The notes under the pieces: generated by a model
Databases searched by the model: none
Told to the model about the DNA's origin: nothing
Seen by the model: the letters and a program-made list of their open reading frames with translations, nothing else
Translations under genes and position numbers: made by a program
In this document: piece after piece, positions 57,097 to 64,000 of the stretch
Numbering within the stretch: the first letter of the stretch is position 1
How the letters are laid out: each line of letters opens with the position of its first letter
Source: an uncultured Bacteroidales bacterium
Lineage (GTDB): Bacteria > Bacteroidota > Bacteroidia > Bacteroidales > FEN-979
Direction: 5' to 3'
Assembly (NCBI GenBank): GCA_903887775.1
Contig: CAISRB010000005.1
Location: forward strand, 80,773-144,772
Length of the DNA stretch: 64,000 nt

Positions 57097-57762
57097 ATGG
57101 AAACACAGTATGTAACATTCAACGGCCATGAATTCCCGTCTTACCTGGGATTTGGCGTGCTCGATGAAAAAAGTTTCACCACTGAAGGTGAAAAAACCTT
57201 CGCCCTGTATCATCTTGAGCACTCCGGCGAAAAAGTCTATTGGGTCCGACTGGAAATAGGCTTATGCGAACTCACCACTTTCTTTGAAAGGGAACAGTAC
57301 AGGAACACCCTTTTCTTCGGCAGCTTAAAAGACGCCTTATTATATGAATACGCGTTCGTAAACCAATTCTATCAGAACAAAGTGTTTTTACAACTGACAG
57401 GAATCCTGCAGAACATCAGTAATATCCTGTTTAATCCAATGAAACCCGGATACAAGGACTGGAAACTGAACTTTTATCCTGCCGGTAAACTGTTCACATT
57501 CAAGTTGCCATTAGACAGCCAGGACCCGAAAGCCAAAGAAATATTGGAGAGTCTTGAAAATGCAGAATGTATCGGAAGCACAAGCTTTCATGACGGTTAC
57601 GTACTGTATTATGACCCTGACAAAGGAATAATCAAAGAAAAGCAGAAAGTCGCTGAATTCATCGTCCCCATGGCTTACATTGTTAAGGTTGCACTGATGA
57701 TTTCAGGGGCCGGGCTGCTCCTGCCAAAGCCCCGGCAGATGTTTGTCGAGGAGTCGGCTTAG
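57097..57762 (+). CDS. Hypothetical protein (221 aa) with C-terminal TM helix
   Basis: ATG at 57097 (METQYVTF...) directly follows leader copy A. I recognise no domain. The C-terminus FIVPMAYIVKVALMISGAGLLL is hydrophobic. The track start at 56899 would read through the leader. Confidence 0.55.
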   Translation: METQYVTFNGHEFPSYLGFGVLDEKSFTTEGEKTFALYHLEHSGEKVYWVRLEIGLCELTTFFEREQYRNTLFFGSLKDALLYEYAFVNQFYQNKVFLQLTGILQNISNILFNPMKPGYKDWKLNFYPAGKLFTFKLPLDSQDPKAKEILESLENAECIGSTSFHDGYVLYYDPDKGIIKEKQKVAEFIVPMAYIVKVALMISGAGLLLPKPRQMFVEESA

Positions 57763-57946
57763 GCCGAATCCACGATCTCCGATTCCGAATTCAACAGCAC
57801 ATCAGCCTGGATGATCACCTTCAGGGATATTTCCGGCTCCGGCCTGCCCTTGCCCGAAACAGTGTTTAAAAAGGCGTTAAAAGTATACAGGACTGATATC
57901 CTCAATCCTGAGAGCCTACCGGTAACCGGGTGAATCTTTTTTAATG

Positions 57947-57971
57947 TGACTGCAGATGAGGGAGCGGCGGT
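57947..57971 (+). repeat. Repeat copy R2: TGACTGCAGATGAGGGAGCGGCGGT
   Basis: Matches the reverse complement of R4 at 24 of 25 positions. It is preceded by a T6 run. Confidence 0.85.
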
Positions 57972-58044
57972 ATTCAACTATTCACCTGCAATGCGAATCA
58001 GCCTGAGGCAGATCGCATTTTTGATTGCGAATGCCAAACTCTTT

Positions 58045-58065
58045 AAGGTCACAATTTGTGACCTT
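58045..58065. repeat. Perfect palindrome AAGGTCACAA-T-TTGTGACCTT
   Basis: Read directly from the sequence. It is intergenic, about 75 nt after R2. Confidence 0.9.
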
Positions 58066-58257
58066 GAACCTCCTAATCCCTTAATCCGCCAAATTCCTAA
58101 AAGTGATATCCGGATGGTGCTCACACCATAGTTTTTTCATTCCAGGCCATCACTTTTTCCTTCAGCCCGGATTAATGTATAATCAGGACTGGTTTTAATA
58201 AGTCAAATCCGATAAAAAATTTATTGATAAAGTTTAGTAAAAGCTAAACAAAATGTT

Positions 58258-58265
58258 TATATTTG
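58258..58265 (+). promoter_or_regulatory. -7 promoter box (TATATTTG) for the toxin-antitoxin pair
   Basis: Lies 29 nt upstream of the ATG at 58295. Confidence 0.55.
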
Positions 58266-58294
58266 CAGAAGAGTTGATCAGGGTCCCTGGTGCC

Positions 58295-58672
58295 ATGGAG
58301 AATATTTATAAGCTCTGGATCAATGGAAAATGTCCGGTAGATGAATTCTGGGATAAAATCAGAAAGTCAGGGAATTACGAAAATGACCTTGATAAAGTTC
58401 AAGTCATCATCGAAAGAATTTCCAGGGGGGAACCGGTTCCTTCGAAGCTTTTAAAGGAACTTAAAGGCAGAAGTCCCGGTGATCATGGTAAAGATTATGA
58501 GATAAGAGTTAAAAAGCTCAGGATTTACTTGTTTAAGGTTGATAAATTCGGGAAGTTGATAGTTTCAGGAGCACTTAAAGACCCAAAATCGCAGAAGGCC
58601 GATATCGAAAAAATGAGAACGTATAAAATACTCTACATTACTTCACGAAGTCAATTAAGGAGGATAAAATGA
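58295..58672 (+). CDS. RelE/ParE-superfamily toxin (HigB / phage Gp49-like)
   Basis: MENIYKLW...ELKGRSPGDHGKDYEIRVKKLRIYLFKVDKFGKLIVSGALKDPKSQKADIEKMRTY fits the Gp49-like pattern (xElRxxxxRiyYf...KKxxKtpxxEi). Its stop overlaps the antitoxin start (ATGA). Confidence 0.7.
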   Translation: MENIYKLWINGKCPVDEFWDKIRKSGNYENDLDKVQVIIERISRGEPVPSKLLKELKGRSPGDHGKDYEIRVKKLRIYLFKVDKFGKLIVSGALKDPKSQKADIEKMRTYKILYITSRSQLRRIK

Positions 58673-58974
58673 AATCCCGGGAAGAACTAATACGGAGCAA
58701 GGGTTACTGGATTGCCAGGATACAAATGGATTTGTTTCAGCAAGTCGATGAATATATGAGGCAAAATAACCTCAACAGGACGCAACTGGCCGAGAAACTT
58801 GGTGTGACCAAGGGGTATATCAGCCAAGTTCTGAATGGCGAGTTCAATCACAGGATCGCCACCCTGGTTGATCTCTCACTGGCGATTGGCAAAGCACCCA
58901 GAATCGTATTTGAGGATCTCGATCAGGTGACCCAAATCAGGAAGAATGAAAAATCCGGGTTGCTGATAACTTAA
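58669..58974 (+). CDS. XRE-family HTH protein (HigA-like antitoxin)
   Basis: 101 aa with the HTH LNRTQLAEKLGVTKGYISQVLNGEFN. Confidence 0.8.
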   Translation: MKSREELIRSKGYWIARIQMDLFQQVDEYMRQNNLNRTQLAEKLGVTKGYISQVLNGEFNHRIATLVDLSLAIGKAPRIVFEDLDQVTQIRKNEKSGLLIT

Positions 58975-59004
58975 GCGCCCCTTCACTTCCCCTTCCCCTA
59001 TCGT

Positions 59005-59012
59005 ATCCTTGC
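59005..59012 (+). promoter_or_regulatory. -7-like box (TATCCTTG, one mismatch) opening leader copy B
   Basis: Aligned with the exact box of copy A. Confidence 0.45.
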
Positions 59013-59174
59013 AACAGCATCAGGAATCCTTGAGTGGATGCCAACCGAGCAACGAACGCCACGGTGGTAAAGCGATGTGGATCGCAAGGATCAAAAGGGT
59101 TCGTTTTTTTATTTACCCCCTTTCCTTCCCCATTTTGCCTGATGCGATGATGTTAAACCTTTAACCATTGTCGT
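59013..59174 (+). promoter_or_regulatory. Conserved structured 5' leader, copy B
   Basis: Hairpin P1 is at 59025-59042. Stem P2 pairs 59054-59058 with 59100-59104 and is followed by T7. The mini-uORF is at 59151-59165. Confidence 0.55.
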
Positions 59175-59531
59175 ATGGAAACAAAAATCAATCTTGAAGA
59201 CCAGGGCAGGAAACTGCTTACGGTTCATTGGGAACTGAACGCAAACGATTACCGGAACAATTTCTCGTTTCACTGGAGGCAGAACCCGGTAAGAATCGAA
59301 GTACAATCCTACAGCAAACCACCTTATAAAGACAGGTATGTCTATTTCACTTTCTACATAAACGATAAGCCTTATCATTATAAATGGGGTTATAATTGTT
59401 ACGGCGGATCACATTGGGGTGAGATCCCGGCAATCAGCGCAGAAAACACATTCTGGATTAGGAAATCGCTTCATTACCAATACTCGGCTGATATATTCCT
59501 TCATAAATACATCATTTACAAAATGATGTGA
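59175..59531 (+). CDS. Hypothetical Tyr/Trp-rich protein (118 aa)
   Basis: ATG at 59175 (METKINLE...) follows leader copy B. I recognise no domain. Confidence 0.5.
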   Translation: METKINLEDQGRKLLTVHWELNANDYRNNFSFHWRQNPVRIEVQSYSKPPYKDRYVYFTFYINDKPYHYKWGYNCYGGSHWGEIPAISAENTFWIRKSLHYQYSADIFLHKYIIYKMM

Positions 59532-59854
59532 TACCCATCAACATGCGGAGAGGGAACTTCACATGCATGAACATCGTGGAGAACTGCAAACCGGCAGGTT
59601 GCACAGCATACATCTTAATAACCTGCGAGATATCAGACAGTAATCATGAAATCAGATCGTTCACCCTTGGAATGGATGGTATTTCGGACGTTTTGAAAGC
59701 ATTTACTCTCATGGACACATTAGAGAACTATAATGACTGGAAAGATGTTGATGCGATGACTGCATTATGCAAGGAAGCGGGAGTATCACCCGGAGCTATA
59801 GTTAAAAAACTGGGTGATGAGCTGAAAGCACTGGACATTAAAAAATCGAGATAA
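59528..59854 (+). CDS. Hypothetical protein (up to 108 aa; start uncertain)
   Basis: Overlaps the previous stop (GTG at 59528). In-frame ATGs lie at 59543 and 59567. I recognise no domain. Confidence 0.4.
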   Translation: MIPINMRRGNFTCMNIVENCKPAGCTAYILITCEISDSNHEIRSFTLGMDGISDVLKAFTLMDTLENYNDWKDVDAMTALCKEAGVSPGAIVKKLGDELKALDIKKSR

Positions 59855-60251
59855 CAAGGTGTAACAACAATCACAGATTCAATTCCAATATTAAATCCAC
59901 AGAAATGAAAACAATCGATCTTTATAAGTTACATGTAAAACTCATCGATACCAGGAAAGTGTATAAAATTGAAAGCATTGATTACCAATTGTCTCAGCGG
60001 CCCCAATGCCGAGGTTCCCGGCAATATCGGAGACAAGCGAATTGATGTGAGTACATTTTATAGCGAGACTACGGCTAGGTACGACAAGATAGAAGATGTC
60101 AGGATCGGGAATAATTTATTCCATGCCCATTAATGGCTGCATGAGTTCTATAAGGCTGGTTTCAGTATAAATATTTGTAAATAAAGATATTAAAGAGCAA
60201 GCAAGGTCAGGGAAACTGCCCGAAGTAATCTTCCCTATAATACCTCTTTTT

Positions 60252-60274
60252 ATTGACTGCGGATGAGGGAGCGG
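60252..60274 (+). repeat. Repeat copy R3 / left inverted repeat: ATTGACTGCGGATGAGGGAGCGG
   Basis: Identical over 23 nt to the reverse complement of 62627-62649. Confidence 0.9.
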
Positions 60275-60337
60275 GGGAAAACAGTTATTCACCAAGAAGG
60301 CGAAATAGCCGGCATTCTGGGCGGGTAACAATAACTA

Positions 60338-61294
60338 TTATCCAGCCTTTAAAAACAAGCTATATCGGTAATCTAATCTCGCTTTATCAGGATAGTCCTT
60401 GCGTTTAATTGGGAGTTTGAGTTCTCCATTATTTAGGGACTGAAGTCCGAATTTCAACATTGGACCATCTATCTCTTCAAGAATATCCTGACGAATTTTT
60501 ATTTCATAATTTGGAGTTATTCCTATGATATATCTGTCGAAAGCAGCGTGATGAATTTTGCATAAGGATAATCCATTTGGGACTATTGGATCACCCTTCT
60601 CTTCTTTGTCATCAATTATATGAGCAGCGTCAAGTAATTCTGGATGTCTCAATCTGCACAAACTACATTGATTGTTATAAGCAAATAAAACTCTTTCTCT
60701 GAATTTTTGTTGATGAAGCCTCACCTGAGCACTCACTGTGGCGTATTTCCTTCTCCAAAATGTTTCATCTTTTTCCTCAACTCGATCAGGATTTATTATA
60801 ATATCCATCTGATCCACTTGTGCTGTAAATGTCAATCTATTTGGCTCGTCATGAACAATAAAAACAGGAAAAAAAGTTTGATACCTACCGGGAATAGTGC
60901 TGTTGAAATAAATCAAAGGCAAGCCCAGTTCCATTACCCTTCTAAGACCTGTGTTATATGCATTATTTCTATCTTGTCCTTGATATCTATATTCAAAAAA
61001 ACCACTATTAATATCACTGTCTTCATAAGGTCCTCCTGATGTTGTAGTTATTGATAAAGGAAGTTGCATTATCCTAGGCTTCCAAATTCCCGGAGGTCCA
61101 ACCAAATGGATTTGCTCATTTTTAAAAAGAAACCCTTTCTCCAAGAGCGTTCTGGGTAAAACATCTTCTCCAAAAACCTCTATCTGATCATTTAACCAAT
61201 TAAATGAACTAAGCCGGATACCGTAATCAAGTTCTGAATCAAACATGTTATAATTTGAAATATATATATTAGTCCCAGTTATGATATGGGACAT
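60338..61294 (-). CDS. HNH endonuclease (HNH_2-type) with unassigned ~190-aa N-terminal domain; candidate modification-dependent restriction nuclease
   Basis: 318 aa. The C-terminal CSLCRLRHPELLDAAHIIDDKEEKGDPIVPNGLSLCKIHHAAFDRYIIGI is the restriction-type HNH motif. The N-terminal part (GIWKPRIMQLPLSI...YEYRYQGQDRNNAYNTGLRRVMELGLPLIYFNSTIPGRY) recurs in stand-alone HNH restriction-like proteins. Confidence 0.8.
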   Translation of the reverse strand: MSHIITGTNIYISNYNMFDSELDYGIRLSSFNWLNDQIEVFGEDVLPRTLLEKGFLFKNEQIHLVGPPGIWKPRIMQLPLSITTTSGGPYEDSDINSGFFEYRYQGQDRNNAYNTGLRRVMELGLPLIYFNSTIPGRYQTFFPVFIVHDEPNRLTFTAQVDQMDIIINPDRVEEKDETFWRRKYATVSAQVRLHQQKFRERVLFAYNNQCSLCRLRHPELLDAAHIIDDKEEKGDPIVPNGLSLCKIHHAAFDRYIIGITPNYEIKIRQDILEEIDGPMLKFGLQSLNNGELKLPIKRKDYPDKARLDYRYSLFLKAG

Positions 61295-61308
61295 TTAACT
61301 AATGAAAT

Positions 61309-62244
61309 CTATTCTTTCGATAAAATTTCATCTCTGATTTCTGAAAGGGTTTTACCTGATGAAGTTTTCCAACTAGTCCAGCCATTCACAGTTTTTCTAT
61401 CACTCCCAGCATTTTGAATGCCAAATAGTGCTGCAAAACTAGGGCTGGAAAATGTTTTACCGAGTATGGAGATGGAACCATCTTCTAATACAATACCTTT
61501 ATATGTCTTTCGCTCACCTGCGCTGGGTTTGTAAATCATGGTAAGTTCATCACCAACCTTGATATATCCCGCGTGGACTAAATCTAAAATTTCAACATCA
61601 TACCGAGCTAATTGTTTGTCTGAATCTTCGGACGTATCTTTTGTTTTTTCTGATGTTTCAATTTCTGGTTTAAATTCTTCCGGAAATTCGTAAATGACAC
61701 TTTCGGGATTTCCAAATTCAATAAATTTTTTTATCTGCCATAAATTAATTGCATATTTGAAGGTCTTCGCCCATGCTTTGAGATCTTCAGATATTTTATC
61801 TATCGGGATGCCAATGATTGGATCCTTTGCTAATATTTCATTTATCTCTTTTCTAATATTGATTTCACGTATACCAGCATCGGTAAATAATTCTTTTATT
61901 CTTGGATCTGCATCAATTTGCTTAACTGCTAATTCTTCAATAATCTTTTTAGACGAAGGATTATGAATTGAAATTGTTTGTTTGGTAATCTGTGGTGCAA
62001 TATGTTCCCAAACTCTATGTCGTAATAATTCAGCTTCAACTAAAAACCATTTTTTTTGCTCAATATCAATTGCGAACCCATCTGGAATAGTGCCTGATTT
62101 ATCATATGTTGAAATAAGGGCCTTTGGCAAATAAAACGAGTTTGGACCGAAGAGATATCCAAAATTATCCAGAACAACATTTTCAAGTTCTTGTTCCGAT
62201 GAAAAGCTCGCTTCGATAAAAATTGAATCTTTTAATTTAAGCAT
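61309..62244 (-). CDS. Two-domain protein: N-terminal restriction-endonuclease-like region + C-terminal RAMA/DUF4357-like domain
   Basis: 311 aa. The N-terminus has GTIPDGFAIDIEQKKWFLVEAELLRH, a PD-(D/E)xK-like layout with the Lys position unclear. The C-terminus GDELTM...GIVLEDGSISILGKTFSSPSFAALFGIQNAGSDRKTVNGWTSWKTSSGKTLSEIRDE fits the SPSxAA...NGWxxW pattern of RAMA/DUF4357 domains seen in R-M contexts. Confidence 0.6.
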   Translation of the reverse strand: MLKLKDSIFIEASFSSEQELENVVLDNFGYLFGPNSFYLPKALISTYDKSGTIPDGFAIDIEQKKWFLVEAELLRHRVWEHIAPQITKQTISIHNPSSKKIIEELAVKQIDADPRIKELFTDAGIREINIRKEINEILAKDPIIGIPIDKISEDLKAWAKTFKYAINLWQIKKFIEFGNPESVIYEFPEEFKPEIETSEKTKDTSEDSDKQLARYDVEILDLVHAGYIKVGDELTMIYKPSAGERKTYKGIVLEDGSISILGKTFSSPSFAALFGIQNAGSDRKTVNGWTSWKTSSGKTLSEIRDEILSKE

Positions 62245-62626
62245 GGTTTTCAGTTTAAAGATGTAGGAGTTATTCTATAGTTAAAACAAATTGAAGAGTT
62301 TAATATGTAAATGTATAAAAAATAGAAGTATTAATGTGAAAGTGAAATGTTACTTTCTTTGACTTCTAAAGGTGGTTAATATATTCTGGGCTAGAGCATC
62401 TCCAATGATGATTCAATCAAAGGGGATTGTGATTTTTCTTTAATTCCAATGGATAAACACGGAGTTGACTCTACGCCTTTACCTGAAAATATGTCAGTTA
62501 TTGACGCAAAATTGAGCATACAGGATGGACGAATTAAAGACGGATGAATACCGAAGGAAAGTTCAGCGGAAAAGATCTGCCAAATCTGCAAAATGAGTCG
62601 CATTTCGGGGGTAGAGTGGTAAACCG

Positions 62627-62649
62627 CCGCTCCCTCATCCGCAGTCAAT
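62627..62649 (-). repeat. Repeat copy R4 / right inverted repeat (reverse complement ATTGACTGCGGATGAGGGAGCGG)
   Basis: Read directly from the sequence. It is in inverted orientation relative to R1-R3. Confidence 0.9.
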
Positions 62650-62759
62650 AATGCCTAATATATTGGTGGGGAAAGATGCGATTTTCGTAATTTTCGGCGT
62701 TAATACTGAGGTCAAGGTGAAGGGTATACCCGTATTTAATGCTTGTTAATCTGCCCAGG

Positions 62760-64000
62760 ATGAAATTGATGATGAAAAGGTTCACGATTAAATGCTTCCT
62801 GCCGGCTCTGCTGCTTCTGGCGGCAACTTCCGGATGCCGCACGATAAAGGTCGAGAAGCCGGCAGAGCGCTATGATGCGCCGGAATATCATCCGCAGTAT
62901 TCGAATATTACGGTTCCCCTGGAGGTTAATAAGGTGCAGCTGAAAAAGCTGGTGAATAAACGGCTTACGGGCCAGCTGTATGCCGATACGAGCTTCGAGG
63001 ATAACGACAGGGATAACCTGGTTCTGTTTGCTTCGAGGATGGACAGCATCGACGTGGGTTTCGAAAATAATTTCGTGACGTACCGCGTGCCTTTGAAGAT
63101 CTACCTGCGCAAGCGGATTGGCGTACAGGTACTTGGGATGAACCTCGGCGACATCCGGGATGCGGATGCGGCGGTGGCCCTGAAGTTCAAAACGAAGCTG
63201 AACATCAACAGGGACTGGAGCCTTTCAACGGTGACCCTGCCCGATGGCTATGACTGGATCAGGACGCCTACGGTTTCTTTCGCGGGCTTCGACCTGCCCC
63301 TGCCGCTGGTTTCCGACATCCTGCTGAAGGGCAGCCTGGGTGATGTTGCGAAAGGGATCGATAAGTCGGTGAAATCGGCCGTGGACCTGCGGAAGATCGT
63401 GGGGGAGGCCTGGACTTCGATGCAGAAGCCTGTCCTGATCTCGGCCGCGGATTCGCTCTGGCTTAAACTGAGCCCCGCCGAACTTAGCCTGATGCCTATC
63501 CAGGGGAAGGGCGGGAACATGCTCTCTTCGCTGGGGCTTAAGGCGCTGGTGGAGCTGTATTACGGGCGGGAACCTGCAAGTACGGTGAACCCTGGACTGC
63601 CCCCGCTCAAGATCACATCGGCCCTCCCCGAACAGTTCAACATCAACCTCTCGCTCGATATCCCGCTTTCTTATATCAATTCGCTCGCGCGGACGTCCAT
63701 GCGCGGCTATACCATGAGCTACGGGCGTTACAAGGTGATCGTCAAAGATATCACCATCTACGGACAGGGGGACAAGCTCATCGTGGAGCTCCCGGTGGAT
63801 GGGACGGTGAAGGGCACGATCTACCTGGCGGGTGCTCCTGTGTTTAATAAAGATTCGCTCACGATCGAAATGACAAATCTTGATTTCTCGGTGGCCACGA
63901 AAAATGTGGCAATTAAAACGGCTTCCTGGCTGTTTCATTCGCCGCTGGTACAGAAACTCCGCTCCAAACTGGTCTTCCCGGTAGGCGAACAGTTGCGCTC
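62760..64000 (+). CDS. Lipoprotein, DUF4403-like (3' end beyond the window)
   Basis: Absent from the ORF track because it has no stop in the window. MKLMMKRFTIKCFLPALLLLAATSGC (lipobox) is followed by an uninterrupted GC-rich frame to 64000. The minus-strand ORFs 63225-63938 and 63248-63520 are shadows. The family assignment is from memory and tentative. Confidence 0.65.
   Translation, partial: MKLMMKRFTIKCFLPALLLLAATSGCRTIKVEKPAERYDAPEYHPQYSNITVPLEVNKVQLKKLVNKRLTGQLYADTSFEDNDRDNLVLFASRMDSIDVGFENNFVTYRVPLKIYLRKRIGVQVLGMNLGDIRDADAAVALKFKTKLNINRDWSLSTVTLPDGYDWIRTPTVSFAGFDLPLPLVSDILLKGSLGDVAKGIDKSVKSAVDLRKIVGEAWTSMQKPVLISAADSLWLKLSPAELSLMPIQGKGGNMLSSLGLKALVELYYGREPASTVNPGLPPLKITSALPEQFNINLSLDIPLSYINSLARTSMRGYTMSYGRYKVIVKDITIYGQGDKLIVELPVDGTVKGTIYLAGAPVFNKDSLTIEMTNLDFSVATKNVAIKTASWLFHSPLVQKLRSKLVFPVGEQLR

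Noticed and set aside
57759-57977. 72-aa minus-strand ORF overlapping repeat R2, and the two MTADEGAAV... ORFs (57946-58131 +, 62391-62648 -)
   Set aside because: Their shared N-termini are simply translations of the R repeat core. The downstream sequences are unrelated and low quality. I treat them as non-coding repeat DNA.
59905-60051. 48-aa ORF (MKTIDLYKLHVKLIDTRK...) in the gap before repeat R3
   Set aside because: It is short, has no promoter box or motif, and has an Arg/Gln-rich tail. The evidence is insufficient.
60338-61294. HNH protein as IscB/HEARO-type (OMEGA) RNA-guided nuclease, with nearby repeats as the omega RNA
   Set aside because: The protein is too short (318 aa) and has no RuvC segments. 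Its HNH is of the restriction-type HNH_2 family.
54515-62649. R repeats as integron attC sites (a CALIN-like cassette array)
   Set aside because: There are no GTTRRRY / RYYYAAC core sites and no imperfect-palindrome attC architecture. Gene orientations are mixed, several cassettes have their own promoters, and no IntI gene is present.
63225-63938. 237-aa and 90-aa minus-strand ORFs rich in Arg/His/Pro
   Set aside because: They are GC-rich shadow frames of the + strand DUF4403-like lipoprotein gene, which has a lipobox and a coherent sequence to the window end.

Overview
This 64-kb window looks like a Bacteroidota chromosome. Supporting signs are TAnnTTTG -7 promoter boxes before many genes, T9SS C-terminal sorting domains, a THX ribosomal protein and ORF6N genes. 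About 50 kb is housekeeping or core: a MacB/HlyD-type efflux pair, gyrB, wecB, RNase P RNA (hidden under a spurious ORF), a MATE pump, a GT4 + YfhO pair and rpmH (too short for the ORF track). It continues with pepD, a TPR histidine kinase, a PqqD-like protein, an OPT transporter, rsmG, THX, trmH, fmt, HU and two hybrid two-component proteins, one of which carries an in-frame TAA. Further along are mpg, recQ, a citrate-lyase locus (citF plus a fused citD-citE), BNR and beta-propeller T9SS cargo proteins, an LTA-synthase-like enzyme, a lipid kinase, MscS, a secreted ankyrin-MBL fusion and GH16. The last core block is a TetR-controlled RND efflux operon in which the RND pump and the TolC-like outer-membrane factor form one 1511-aa reading frame. 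The last ~14 kb (about 50.1-62.7 kb) looks accessory. It holds a beta-lactamase-family remnant, hydrolases, PAP2, a CPBP protease, a metallophosphoesterase, an ORF6N gene, a HigB/HigA-like toxin-antitoxin pair and several orphan ORFs. It also holds an AT-rich two-gene nuclease cassette (RAMA/DUF4357-like protein + HNH endonuclease) bracketed by perfect 23-nt inverted repeats. The best candidates for something undescribed are all DNA- or RNA-level. (1) A ~175-nt promoter plus structured-leader module occurs twice before unrelated orphan ORFs and shows compensatory base-pair changes. (2) A repeat family with core TGACTGCGGATGAGGGAGCGG sits at cassette junctions. (3) Perfect GTCRCAATTTGYGAC palindromes are associated with ORF6N genes. 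(4) Several different tandem heptamer arrays lie in intergenic DNA. I saw no tRNA, rRNA, CRISPR array, transposase or integrase. All calls come from reading the sequence and recalling protein families; no searches were run.
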